Of a stretch of DNA of 64,000 nt, positions 33,790 through 50,300 are shown piece by piece. The notes below the pieces were generated by a model that was not told where the DNA came from, ran no database searches, and worked only from the letters and a program-made list of their open reading frames with translations. How positions within the stretch are numbered: the stretch's first letter is position 1; each line of letters opens with the position of its first letter. A program made the translations under genes and the position numbers. The DNA lies in NCBI RefSeq assembly GCF_006345805.1, contig NC_042998.1:85684001-85748000 (forward strand), in the 5' to 3' direction. This DNA comes from Octopus sinensis (lineage: Eukaryota).

Positions 33790-34015
33790 TGGCTGGATTG
33801 AGCTGAAAATATGTACATCTATGTTGAAAGTGCTGTTGAGTTTGCATGGCAACTTTTTGTTCAACTGAAAAGTATGGCCTCTAGGGCAAAATTCTTCATC
33901 TCTTAAAATGTGGCTCGAGTAGATCCGAATGAAATCAGGTTATAATAACCAAACAAGTAAAACAATGAAACTTTATGCCATTTTAATCCAGAGCAGGGCT
34001 GGGTTTCTCTGCTAG
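33790..34015 (+). mobile_element. Non-autonomous Helitron 3' part
   Basis: Hairpin CCAGAGCAGGGCTGG (33988-34002) then CTAG|T (34012-34015). The 5' end is lost in TA/TG repeats. Confidence 0.65.
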
Positions 34016-34045
<30 letters not shown>

Positions 34046-34046
<1 letters not shown>

Positions 34047-34558
34047 TAGCAGTATAACCCGGCTTTGCACAGGATTAAGTTAGGGTTATTAAGCTAATCA
34101 AGTTCTTTATTTCAAACCAAACTAAGTAACATCAACATCAAATTTGGGGGAAATCTGTTGAATTGGTTTATATATATATATATGGGTAACACACACATAC
34201 ACACATGTACGTAATTACACCTATGGTATACATGTTTTTTGTATGCATACATGTTCGTTTGTGTGTTTTTCCCATATATCAACAAAACACTTTTTTCTTC
34301 GATGGAAAAAAAACAACAAAAGTCTTAACAAAAACCTACTCGTCACTAGAAGAGGACTTGACTCCTGTTTGCAAACAATGGTGATTTCTGACTTGAAAAT
34401 TTATTTTTACTGCTATTTGCTGGTGCCTCTGGTAAAAATACAGCTAGGATCATGACGAATATCCTCCTAAAATTGGAGCAACATGCGTGCTAATTTGTGG
34501 ATGTGCATAAATTACATTCACAAACACACACACACCACCTGCCTTTTATATATACTGA
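34046..34558 (-). mobile_element. Non-autonomous Helitron (family of 21005-21685)
   Basis: A|TCAGTATATATAAAAGGCAGG start, CCTGTGCAAAGCCGGG hairpin and CTAG|T end on the minus strand. Confidence 0.8.
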
Positions 34559-34607
34559 TATGTGTGTATGTGTGTGTGTGTATGCGTGTGTGTGTATATA
34601 TATATAT

Positions 34608-37400
<2,793 letters not shown>

Positions 37401-37490
37401 GTTTGGAATTTACAAAAAAACAGAAGGTGAAGACTGGTGTGTAAACAACAAACAAGTGTATTAGTTTAACGCTTGGGAAGGTGAGAAAGT

Positions 37491-37527
37491 CTTTTACGTT
37501 TCAAGCCTACACTCTCCAACAGAAAAG
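37491..37527 (-). ncRNA. Second hammerhead-like motif of the CUGU family (decayed)
   Basis: Minus strand: CTTTT CTGTTGGA GAGT-GTAG-GCTT GAAA CGT A AAAG. Palindromic ACGT helix III and GUA triplet. Lies in element 37401-37580. Confidence 0.4.
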
Positions 37528-37842
37528 AACATGAGAAAATAAATAGAGAGAGAATAAAAAAAGCTTTAGTGGCTAGTGATGTATTTATCTAATCAACCAG
37601 TAAACCCCTCGCTCGAGCATATAATAATATAAATAATAAACCGTAACATTCAGTCTGCTGAATTCACAAACACACATATAGCATCTAAAGGTACATCTTT
37701 TCCCCTCTGATGATATTACACTCATGTCACAGAAATGTAATTTTAATGTTTATTGAATATTCATAGAAACGCTGTAGTGAATATGACCAATTTGCTGTTA
37801 ATATTAAACAATTATTAACTTCCCAATCTCCATTTTCTTCTT

Positions 37843-37885
<43 letters not shown>

Positions 37886-38367
37886 CATCATCATCATTTA
37901 ACATCTACTTTTCTATGCTCACATGAATCACAATGAATTTTTAAAGGCAGATTTGTTACAGCTGGGTGCTTTTCCTGTCACCATACCTCACCTGTTTCCA
38001 AGCAATACTCCCCATGGCTAGACATGTTTCCATGGAAGATTGGAAATGAAGGGTACCACCTGCATGATGGTGACACTCATTCATAACTATCATGCAAAGT
38101 CAGGTCGAGGCAGCATTTACACATACATAACACATACACACACACACACACATAACACACACACACACACACACACACAGACAAAATAGACTTCTTTCAG
38201 TTTCTATCAATGAAATTCACTCACAAAGCTTTAGTATGCCCAGGACTATAATTGAAGACATTTACCCAAGGTGCCATGCAAAAGGACTGAACCTAAAAGC
38301 CATGTGGCTGGGAAGCAAACTTCTTACCACAAAACCATGCCTGTACCTCCATACACATATATGCATG

Positions 38368-38432
<65 letters not shown>

Positions 38433-40439
38433 TATTTTGGCCATCACAAAGCACCTAGAAATTAATTGAACTTGGATCACTGTCTGAGACATGAATGCAA
38501 TTTGCTTAAATTTTGCTGGCATCATCAAAACACTAACCATTCAGACTTCTGGTGGGACAAAATTTCATCTTTGATGTATTTATTCTGACAAGAAAATCAA
38601 GTATATATTTAACACAGTGTCTCTGACAATTGAAACAATGAATAACAGGGATGTTGATAATGACAACAATGGCAGTAGCTAACTCCTAGTATCAACCATT
38701 TCATTCCAGTAGGCTACTATCATGCTACCAGACACAACCGCTTGCCTCCTTGTCTCATTTATCGCTGTGTAAATAACTATTCAGTCATTCATATAAGAAA
38801 CATCCCAAATTTTTTAACAGTAAAGAAATTAATATTCTTTCATTTAAAATCTCTACAGAATTTGTGTTCATTTGATTGTCATCAACTCAATACCAGATTG
38901 TTACCCTGTTGATCCTCACAGAAATTTCTTGGTGACACCATAACATTAGAAATCCTAAAGAAAAGAATAGTATACAACCTAAACTACAAACAGCTCACTG
39001 ACAACTCTGAAGAATTTTATGCAGTTTGGCAAGTTCAAAAAGACTGCTGAGATGTCAGTGCACCATTTCATCAAGAATGCTATGCAGCTTATCAACATCA
39101 AGGAAATTCACTGACACAATGCTGATGTACCTCAGAGAATTTTTTCTCTGTGGCCAATTTTTCACAGTCAATGTAGCTTTGCCCACACTGCTACTGCCTC
39201 TGTTGTTGAGACACTGATGGTCATGCTTCAAATACACTACACTGTTTCTCAGAACATAAATGTCTTCAGCAACACCACTGAGATTCTAGTATACTGCATG
39301 CAACATCACTGATACCAACCAACACAACCAGTAAGTTTCTCTTCATTTTGTTTTCTTTGTTGTTCATCTTCAAAAATGACTTGGTCGGCATCAAATGCCC
39401 CACATCAGCTCACTTTGAGTTTCTAACAACACCTGAACAAACAGACATTCTTACACCATTTCCATTGGCTCAAGAGATAAGAATGAGATTAAGTCAATAA
39501 ACGCTTTCAACATTGCAGTAAAATTTTTTTCGTAAAAAACAGAAAAAAAACTGATTTGTTTTCTTCATCAAAAAATATTTTTCTTACTGATTTCACCTTC
39601 TTTCTGCTCACTCACACATACATTTAACCATGAATGTATCACACACATTGTCATGTATACATCACATACATTTGGTATACACACATGAAATCAAGCACCA
39701 CCTAGCACATGCACAATGTGCACACAGGCACTTAGCAAGAACATTGATTGCTAGCAGTATACATAAAAATCACTAAGTTAGAGGATCCTATCTGACTTCA
39801 GCTGCATGTGTTCCTAAGCTTGGAAATAACTGCATTCTTTCCTTATACCATCCCACTAGTAAAGATTGTACAACCCATATTCAAGTGCACATAAATGTGC
39901 AACTACTGACCCGCTGACAGACACTACATTGACCCACTGTTGTACATGTTTATGATTATGTAGGAATCGTTCACTCAGTCATTCACACTCATACATTTGG
40001 CTGTACTCACCTGACATATGGTACATACATATATTCTCAATCAGATCTTCTTTCCTAGTAGTTTTACACTTGTAGTGGTCTTCGTGTCCATTGGCCCAAG
40101 AAATTTTGCAAGACTGTATATATATATATATATATGAACTTGCCCTAAATGCCTATCATTTTCTCACTTTTTGTATACTTGCCTTTTCTTGCATTTGTAA
40201 TATTGTTTTTCTTGATGTATTCATTTTTTCCCCCTTGTTTGAGTATTCTGTTTTGCATTTTATCTTCCTTTTTTTCTTGCTGAATTACTGTTGCTTGTAT
40301 CGACTTGTAGTGTGAGCAGGGGACACTGTAGCATGTCAGGGAAGCTATTTTAGTTGTCACATCGTAGCACTGTTGTGCTATGGCATCCTTCAGTCAATCA
40401 GGGCTGGGAATGTATGAATACTAGAGTCAGTTCTCTGCT

Positions 40440-41150
40440 CATGAAGTGAAGCACGCATTTCAACCAGTTACCAGATAGATGGCAGTTGAGCAACATCTCA
40501 CTTTCAACATGGAATAACTTCGTTTTTCACACCAACGTTGTGTAGCCAACTCTGAATAATATCGGCTCTTGACTTGCCACATCATGAGCAGCCTATTTCA
40601 TTTATGCCCACTTCAGTCCAGGAAATTCTGGATGACATCAGCCACAACTCTGCCATATTATGAGTGGTACATTTTTGTTTAGGCCAACTCCATTTCTGTT
40701 AGCTTATGACAACTTCCAACTAAATCTATTTTTCAAACTAAAGCTATAAAGCTTTCCCTGATACACACAGAGGCTACACTCTTACTACTTGTTAGCTCTT
40801 GTGATAATTCGATAAATTAAATTATATGTTTAAAAACTGCCTTCTGATATTTATTTACACATACCTCTCAAAAGCTTATTTACTGGACTTTTCTACAAAC
40901 ACTTTCATACTATAAACTAGTGACTATCCTCACTAAACAACCACTGGCTTATATCATTCAAAAATTCTCCTTCAGTGATGAATTGATTCACAATGCTGTC
41001 TGGGTCAATGTCAAAAAAGGCTTTATGCAACATGTAAAATATTTAGAAGGCATTGATTTTGATTTCCTTTATGAGAAATTTGTTGATTACCAAGTATTAA
41101 GTGATGCTTAATTAGGAGAGAGCTTGAGAAAGAAAAAAACAAAAGTGATT
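40440..41150 (+). mobile_element. Possible degraded DNA-transposase relic (hAT-like)
   Basis: YIIQKFSFSDELIHNAVWVNV...IDFDFLYEKFVDYQVLSD resembles C-terminal regions of hAT-related transposases. Heavily broken; recognised from memory only. Confidence 0.35.
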
Positions 41151-42654
41151 GAGAGCAGTTTGATGGAAATGAAGTACTTCGTTATCGAATAATGTGGTGA
41201 AAGGAAGATTGGGTAGCTTAAATAAAGTTGAAAGGGGTTTTTTGAGGAGTGTACAGTAGACTATTGGTTAGGGTTAATTGGTATAATTATGGCTGGTTAT
41301 ACTTATCATGATAGGATATTGGAGCAGGAAGTAGAGCCATGTTTGCTAAACAGTGCTTGACCAACAAAGCTCAGAAAGGGTGGGATGAAGAGAGAAAGAA
41401 TAAGGTTTCTTGACAAAGACATATAGATACAATAAATAATAATAATGATTTATTTTATTCAATGATAGGCACTCAGGCTGCAATTTTCGAGGAGGGAGTG
41501 AATTGATTACATCATCCCCAGTGCTTGACTGGTACTTTATTTGCTCAAAATTCCAAAAAGGATGAAAAGTAAACTTATCCTCAGTGGAATTTGAACTAAA
41601 AACATAAAGAGCTGGGAGAAATATTATTAAGCATTTTTCCTGATGTGCTAATGATTTTACCAACTCACTACTTTATGTGTTTCTAATATAGGCACAAGGC
41701 CTGAAATTAGGGTGTGTTAGTCAGCACTATAAACCACAATATTTGACTGGTACTTTATTTTATTGTCCCTTGAAGAATGGAAGACAAAGATGACCTTGAT
41801 GGGACTTGTATGCATGGGTAAGATGGAATTTGTTGAGGTAGATTCTTTATGGCTAGATGCCTTTCCTGTCACCAACCCTCATCTGTTTCCAAGTAAGGTA
41901 ATACTTCCCCATGGCTGCGCTTGTTTACACAATCACACATGACTAGAAAGGAAGGATAACTTTTATATGATGGAAGTACTTGCTTACAACTATCACATAA
42001 TGTGAAGGCAAGGATACACAAACGTATACACACATTCATGCATACACATATCTTTTATCGTTATCTTTCACTTGTTGCAGTCATTAGACTGCATCCATGC
42101 TGGGGCACCATCTTGAGGAATTTTAGTTGAATGAATGGCCCCCACCCAAATAGTTTCTTCTAAGCCCGATACTTATTCTATCTTGCTCTTTTAGTCAAAC
42201 TGCAAAGTTATGGGAATGTAAACCCACTAGCACTGGTTGTCAAACAATGGTGGGGACAAACACACGCGTGCATGTGCACGACAGGCTTCTTTCAGTTTCT
42301 GTCTACCAAAATCCACTCACAAGGTTTTGGTTGACCCAAGGCTATAGTAGAAGACACTTGTGCCAAAGTGTCATGCAGTGGGATTGAACTCGGAAGCATG
42401 TTGATGGGAAGTAAACTTCTTACCACACAGTCAAAAAGCTGTGTTAGCCTGGAGCTATAACAGAAGACACTTGTGCAAGGTGTCACACAGTGGGACGGAA
42501 CCCAAAACCATGTGGTTGGGAAGTATACTTCTTCACAACACAACCTTGCTTGAGCTACAAAAATCAAGAAGCACAAGAAAATAAGTCAGGCCATATGCCC
42601 CTCAAATTATTTGATGGCTAAAAATAAAGAAAGATATAGGCATGATTGGATGAA

Positions 42655-43150
42655 GAATGATGATGATGATGATGACCATGACGATCATTTAACGTCTGTT
42701 TTCCATGCTGGTATGGTTTGGACAGTTTGACAGGAGCTGTCCAGCCAGAGAGCTGCACCAGGCTCCAGTTGTCTGTTTTGGTATGGTTTCTATGGCTGGA
42801 TGCCATTCTTAACATCAACCACTTTACAGAGTGTACTGGGTGCTTTTTACACACCACCAGCATGAGTGCTTCATATGTGGAACTTGTACAGGTGCCTTTT
42901 ATGTGGCACCATCACAGGTGCTTCTGATGTGGCTTCAGCACAGGTACTTTTACATGGACCAGCACAGATGCTTTTTGCATGGCATGAGTGTGGGTGCTTT
43001 TTACATGATACTGGTACATGTGCTTTTTACATGGCACTGACAAGAGTACTTTATATGTGGCACTAGCACAGGTACCTCCTATGTGGTACTGGCATGGGTG
43101 CTATTTACACGGCACCAGCTCAGGTGTATTTTACAGGGCACCAGCATGTA
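42655..43150 (-). mobile_element. RTE 3'-tail copy with ~26-bp x ~12 degenerate tandem array (42839-43150)
   Basis: Repeated gtgctttttacatggcaccagcac-like units downstream of the tttccatgctgg core. Confidence 0.75.
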
Positions 43151-43530
43151 TGAAAATTAAAATTTTTAGCAGTGAGTAAAAAGAGTTGACATTTAGTCTT
43201 TTAGGTTTTTAACTGGTCCCAGTCATTGGACTGTGGCTATGCTGTAGCACTACTTTAAACGGTTGAGTTGATCCAATTGACTCCAGTACTTATTTTAAAA
43301 CCTGGTTCTTGTTCCATTAGTTTCTTTTTGCCAAACTGCTTAGTTACAAGTATGTAGACAAAGCAACTTCAGTTATAAAGTGGCAAGACACACACACACA
43401 AACATGCATATACACACATATACTCACACAAACGTCCACAGAATTTCTGTCTACCAAAACCACATCTCTCTCTTGGCTCTAGCTGCAATTTCTAATGGCT
43501 TTACTTATTGCAACCTCACAAAAGACTTAC

Positions 43531-43677
43531 CAATATCACGATGCTGCCACTGCTTGTTATGGATAGTTATCCAACAATGATTGGGAAAGAACTGCTGATA
43601 TTTCCCAAGAGTGTCCAGCACTTGACCATCTTTTACTTTTTTCTTTTTTGCATACAATCTCCATAGAAATGTTGTAT
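43531..43677 (-). CDS. 147-nt internal coding exon (phase 1 to 1) of an unidentified gene: TTFLWRLYAKKKKVKDGQVLDTLGKYQQFFPNHCWITIHNKQWQHRDI
   Basis: Acceptor ccaattttag, consensus donor ttg|gtaagt, length divisible by 3, only one open frame, non-repetitive sequence. Confidence 0.72.
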
Positions 43678-43813
43678 CTAAAATTGGTAGATTACTTGCT
43701 TATTTTGTTGTATTTCAGGAGGGTCATTATGCCAATAATAAACAAATGCAGTAGTTCTGTTTCACTTCTTTTGTTATCATTCATCAGTTAGTTAACATTT
43801 GTCTGAAGCAGAC

Positions 43814-43878
43814 CTGGAATAGAGGGCATGTCATTGATGAAGTCATGAATGGTAATGAAAGGACTTTGACAAACCTGG
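43814..43878 (-). CDS. Candidate 65-nt exon (phase 2 to 1): QVCQSPFITIHDFINDMPSIP
   Basis: Bridges the phases between 44371-44419 and 43531-43677. Splice sites are weak (aatcag acceptor, cag|gtctgc donor). Confidence 0.3.
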
Positions 43879-44370
43879 CTGATTGACTGACTGAATAATT
43901 AATCAAACAATCAATTAGTTAACTGGTTGAATGTTAATGAATTATAAGTGAAATAAAACCAGTGTGTGTTTATTAATGGCCTAATGACCCTTCTGAGATA
44001 TAACAAAGTTTATTTCAATGCATAAATTCACATTGAGAACCTTACATTCTTGTCTATTGATATATAAGCTGTTCATTATTTTATCCAGAGATTAAAATAA
44101 AATGAAATGTTTCAAAAAAATAACTAGTGAAATTGATGCTAAAACAGCTTGAATTATTTCATATATAGTATTTCAAGGAAAGGAATGTACCTATAACTTA
44201 AAGAAAGAAAAATGTATTTTTTAATCATAGCTGCTTTGACCTAAATTCACTAATGCTCAAGTGATGCTGGTGTATCATTTATTCCTTGAACGAAATTGGT
44301 TCATTATTGGCAGCCTTCTGGATAAATAATAGTATTGTATTTTAGTAGGCCACTACATAAGAACAATCAC

Positions 44371-44419
44371 TTAATCTTCATTGATTCTTTCAGAAATTTG
44401 TCCATAATCTCTTGGCACA
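44371..44419 (-). CDS. Candidate exon containing a possible start codon (ATG at 44405; MDKFLKESMKI)
   Basis: Pyrimidine tract ttctcattcttatcctcttgctttgtaaaag and donor taa|gtgatt. Close to the CpG-rich region. Confidence 0.3.
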
Positions 44420-44759
44420 CTTTTACAAAGCAAGAGGATAAGAATGAGAAAATTACAACGAATTATGAAATATAAATTACTTTATTTTGGGTTGAATCTT
44501 TGGAGATGGTTTTCATTGACTAATTGCAAACTAACAGGGTAGCTTCCATTCTTTTTAAATATATTTCCTCTTTTATATATATATATATATATATATATGT
44601 TTGTAGCTTTCACTGAATAAATATGTACTGTTTTTATTGCTAAGCTCAACTTCATACAGTGAACGCATATGGCATCAATAATGGTTCCTTATTATATACC
44701 ACAACTCAGGTTTGAGAAGAGGAAAAGGAGAAAGTTATGGCATTTATGTTTTTCTCAAT

Positions 44760-47300
44760 GGTAATTGCAAGCAAGCTTTAGTTGAGTAAACTTTTGACAA
44801 CTGAGAAACGAAATCAGATTGTGGAATTCGTTCGTCGAGAATTTTGCCCGAAATAAGGCTTCAAAAAATGTTATTTTTCGTCTGATACGTATTCACACGC
44901 GAAGTATTTTATCTTTCTTTGTTAAATCATTTAAGCTTCAGTGCTTCACATATATTTTCTTTTGTTGACAAATCAATGGAATTGAATCAGTGAACAAGAA
45001 TTGGTAAAGCGATAAATGTTCCCGTTAAACATCCCGAATTCCTTAAATATGTATAGTTCCCAAAGGAAAAAATATATAACATCGCTAATAAGATATAAAT
45101 AGATTATTAAGCATTTATTTTTTTTTCAAGTATGGGTTAACGGAAAGGCCATGGTAAATGCCAAATCTTGCTGTGTTAGACATTTACGAAAACTGCTGCT
45201 CTAATTTTTATTTATCAATTAAAAAAAATACATGTTCACTCACACTTAAAAAAAAATTTTCGGTAGATATTTATAAGCTAAAAAAATTAAATTGCCGATA
45301 GCACGCTTAACTAGCTAACTTAGTTAACAACGGCATGAAAAATGTTGCTTTAATTATTAGTAACAAGCTATTTATGAAGGCAGTGTGGGGGCCTAAAGAT
45401 TTGTGAACGTTGTAAGAGACCTTGCCACATCCCGACATTGACTCATCTGCTGTTTGTCACTGAGAGCTTTCCCATTACATCTTTTCTAGGTACTTGTATA
45501 TCGCTTTTTTCTCTCCTTTTTTCCTCAATAATAATAATTATTATTATTTTATCAGTAAAATTGTCTTCGCCGAGTAAAATGCATTTCATATATCTGTTTG
45601 TAAAAGCAAAATTATTCATATTCTTTCTGTAAATCGCCTTTGTCTGAAGTCGACTACTATGTATGCGATACAGAATGACTTATTAATATTTCTTCTTACC
45701 TGCTCTAATCGTTTGCTCGATATTTACTTAAATATAATATTTGCTTTTATTTCATCCACTACATATATATTACATATTTTCAAACGTTATTTTGATATAT
45801 TTAAAAAAATAAAGTAACTGTGTTATTCAATTTGCGTGTGTGTTCCTGTAAGTGCCTGAGCTTGTAAGATGATGCTTATAATATTAGAACCAATATTTAT
45901 TTAGAATTTGTTTATATGCTATAAATTATTCAAATTTGAAGATAATTACTGATATTATTAACAAATAATTAACTTATTTTTAAAAAATCAAGTCCACTAA
46001 TTTAACCTGACTCAGACAAATTTAGTGGGACGTACCAAATCCGATATGTGTTGTCACAAGATTTTCTTAAAATAACACGAAACATTACATATTACATAGG
46101 GTTAAAAAGAGCCGTTTTATCTTGTTTGTATTTATATGTTTTGGTTTTATTTAATTTTTAGATCCATTATTGTAGCATATTAGAAAGGTAATTTTCAAAA
46201 TCAGTATATAGTGATATAAACTCAATTTTGGTTCTGAAATTCATTAGATTAACTCCTAGAACCATAAGTTACCTTTCACTTTTATTCTTGCCATGTAATT
46301 TAATTAAGAAATACACTGCTCTTATATTTCTAATTCTTCATTGTCTTAAATTATATTTCAGGTAATATTTCATTAGTAAAAGGTACCCCAACATGATTTA
46401 AATTAGGCTGAGTGGCATCATCATCATTCTCCAAAATTTTCTCCACTAACAAACTTATCTTAAATCGCAATAATTTAATCCTTTCATCTAATTATCTCTC
46501 TTGTTTTTGCCATTTCTTCTCTTCCAATTTTTGTTTTTCGTCTGCAAGGTCTATAGCATGGATTCAGGAAAGAAATTACAACCGGCGAGGAGGAGGGGAA
46601 GATCTCCTCCTTCCTTGTTTATAATTTTTTTTTTCATGTCCTCGCCACATAATTATAGTCTTGTACACCACCTAAAATGTATCTCTGGAACATTTCATTA
46701 ATAATACGTATTTTTAAGAGTTATGGGAAAACGGACAGTGGGTTACCTCTCTGAAGTCATGACTTGTGTTTGTGTAATCAATAAACGGCAAAGTAAGTTA
46801 GAGTGACTAAAGGGCCGAGTTTCATGCGTTGCCGTTTATTATATATCTACATCTCTCTTTGATCGTCTGTATGTATCTCTCTCTCTATATATATAGGCAT
46901 GGCTGTATAGTAAGAAGTTTGCTTCCCAACCACATACTTCCGTGTTCAGTCCCACTTGCGTGGCTCTTGAGCAAGTGTCTTCTACTGTAGCCTCAAGTTG
47001 ACCAAATACTTGAGTGAATTTGGTCGACGGAAACTGAAAGACGCCCGTCGTGTGTGTGTGTATTTGCCTGACTCCCACTATCGTCTGACAACCGGTGTTG
47101 GTTTGTTTACATCCCCTTGATAGCGGTTCGGCTAAAAGACATTGATAGAATAGGTACTAAACTTGAAGAAAAATAAGTCCTGGGGTCGATTCATTCGATT
47201 AAAAAATTCTTCAACGTGGTGCCCCGGTATGGCCGCAGTCTAAGGACCGAAACAAGTAAAGATACTTTGCAAAAGGAAATACAAAAGTGAAAGCAGAATG
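44760..47300. promoter_or_regulatory. CpG-retaining region, putative bidirectional promoter
   Basis: By hand count, ~29 CpG in 44761-45720 vs ~2-3 in equal-length flanks (43381-44340, 48421-49380). Lies between the minus-strand exons and the + strand TFG exon. Candidate + strand donors at 45490, 45848, 46793. Confidence 0.55.
46897..47265 (+). mobile_element. tRNA-derived SINE with relatively well-preserved CpGs
   Basis: ggcatggctgtatagtaagaagtttgcttcccaacc... body shared with 49350-49720 and 60100-60400. Confidence 0.7.
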
Positions 47301-50300
47301 TTAATTGAAATTTTGCTTAGTATTTTCTTTTGTAATTCATTTTGCATTGTTTCGGTCTCAACAGGTTCTTATCTAATTTTATATCACAATGCTTCACCCA
47401 AGCTACTCTATACTAATACACACACACACACACACACACAAACGCACATATGTAATGCTTGTTTTATGTGAGGTTACAAAAACAATTTGACATTAAATTG
47501 AAGGGTCACTCAATACTTTTTAATAGAGTACATTATTAATTTTATACAAGATAAAGATTGACAGTAACTTCGAAGTTTCAGCTTAGGAAGTGTTTAAACC
47601 TAAAATTGAGCATGAAATTGCAAGGTTTTGCAATTTCAGATTTTTTAAAATATATAATTGCAGCTAAGCTTTTGGAATTACAGTCTAAGGAAAATGGTTG
47701 ATTATAGCTTTTACGAGAAATAGTCAGCTTAAACAAAATGAATTGTTTACAACTGAGTCACTGATTCAGCTCACTGGGAAGCTTAATCCTTTGCTTATGA
47801 TTTAGAAATTAATATGTAAGCAATTAGGTATTTTAATTGGATTATCAAGTCATTTTGTTATGGTACAAGGTCAGTTTTGTGTTGGAGGGATGAGCTTAGC
47901 TGATTGAATTGAAAACAAAGATACAAGGCCAAGTTTAAGTAAAGCATCTAGTTTGGCATTTTCTTGTCTTGGCCATACACCATTGCTTTTTGGAAGATTA
48001 ATAATTACTGTAATCTCTTTTTTTTTTAATTTTTAGTTGGTAGAAAGTTACAAAAATGAATCAGGACCCAAGAATTTCGTCTAAGGTACTATAAGTGCCT
48101 TAGACAAAATTCTTTTCATGAAACTCCACTTGAGTCACTTTTGTAACTGTCTGCTGATTACAATCATCATCGTTTAATGTCTGTTTTCTATGCTGGCATA
48201 AGTTGGACAGTTTGACTGGGGACTGGCAAGCTAGTAGGCTGTGCCAGGCTCCAATCTGATCTGGCAAGTTTTCTAAAGCTAGATGCCCTTCATAACGATA
48301 ACCACTCCGAGAGTGTAGTGGGTGCTTTTTACATACCACTGGCATGGGAGCCAGGCAGGCAGCACTGGCATCGACCATGTTCGGATGGTGCTTCTCCCGT
48401 TTGTTTTACTAAACCTTTTAAAGTATTCTATAAAGTCAGATCTTTGTTCCTCTTGTGTATATTCAGTAGTTTCTTGGACCTGTGGTATGTATAATTTTAC
48501 TGGATCAGTTTTACCTTTCATCACAGTATTAAGCATGTCTTGGATTGATGTAATTGACTATATTCCTCACAAATCTGTGGTCTTATGCTAATGTGATACA
48601 TCATTTACTGTAATATATTTCTTAAAAGGTATACTTTTCCTGCTACTTACTGCCCTCAGGGATTGTTAACCTGCTAAAAGTAGCAGCAAAATTTAAAAAA
48701 AGATTCTTCCTTAAATTACCCCCCACGACCACCATCATCTTAAACACTGAACACAAAGAATGATGTCCTAAATACCACTAAAAACACTGGGTGGTCATGA
48801 CTGGAATGCCTTTGATCAGAGCTTTGTTTGCTCAATCAGTTGACTTGACAAATTGACAACAACCATAACTGCTGCTGCTATACTACTTGAGGATTGAGTG
48901 AGAGAGCTTTGTCTATTGAAATACAATTAGTCCTATGATTATCTGGCCTTTTATCTAAAAACTACTAAATGAGAAGTATAACTTCTTTTTCTTCATGAAG
49001 AGAAGGAAATGATAGTTATGCAATTTCAGAAATATGCATAGGATAGTTTAACTTTTCTTATGGATGCTTATTTTTTTTTTATTTTACTGTTTAGGTATCC
49101 TTTCTGTTTTCCATTTACTTCCCATTCTTATCTCAGTTCCTAACAAATGATATTAAACAATTCCTAAATAGCATGAGAGGTTTTGTTCTCTCACATGACA
49201 ATTCATAATGGAAATAGATTATGTTAAATATGCCTATAAAAGAGTGAAATTCTGTGAATTTTTTTTCATTAATTAACCGAATAATTATTTCTTGCACTCT
49301 TAATAGTAAATAATACTTGTTGCATAACTATGTAATGGAGTTGACAAGTTGATTTTGGTTCAGATCTTGAAAATTCCTGTGTGGTTAGAAACAGGTTCAG
49401 TTCCATTGTGCAGTGCCTTGGACAAATATCTGCTGCTACAGCCTCAGGTCGAGCAATGCCTTGTAAATGGGTTTGATGGAAACTGGAAATCTGTCATGTA
49501 TGTATGTGTGTGTGTGTATGTATTTGTGTTTGTCCCTTACCACTGCTTGACAACTGGTGTTGTTTTGTTTTATGTCCCCATAGGTTAATGGTTTGGTAAA
49601 AGTGGCTGATAGAATAGGTACCAAATTTAAAATAAAAATAAGTACTGGAGTTGATTTGTTGAAGTAAACTCTACTAGGCTGTGCCCCAGCATGGCTGCAA
49701 TCCAATAACAAACAAAAGGTATGGATTGTTTTACCAATTTGGAAGTGTTAAAATACGTAATTTATTGAAATGAAAATATTGAAAATACAAAAATTTCAAT
49801 TGAAATTCTCATCATCATAATTTTATGTCCATGCCTGCATGGATTGGACTTGTCAGTCATGGTCTGACTGTATCACAAAAGATGCATCAATATTAGAATC
49901 ATTCTGTGTGACTAGTTGTTAAGCCTTTTGTCAGCTCTGATGCAGCAGAATTATGATTGGAGACATTCCAGCTGTGTCAATCACATTTTTTTTTTCCTGA
50001 CCTGGTACATCTTCAGACTGCATTTTTAATATAGATTCTTCCCTTTTTAACATGGTATGGTATGATTTGAGGAGATTTGGGTACTATCTAATGAGTTAAG
50101 CAGCCAGATGTTACATCATTATTGCACATTGGTAGTCAATCTAATGAGTAGTTGTGACCTATTACTCCAGGTGTACTATATCTCACATCAGACATGTACT
50201 CGTTATTCATGTTTACATCAGTGTGACTATATATACTTCACTCTCTTCCTGTGAGCTTCTGTACGCCTGTAGTTATTGAGCAGACTTATGATCAAAGGCA

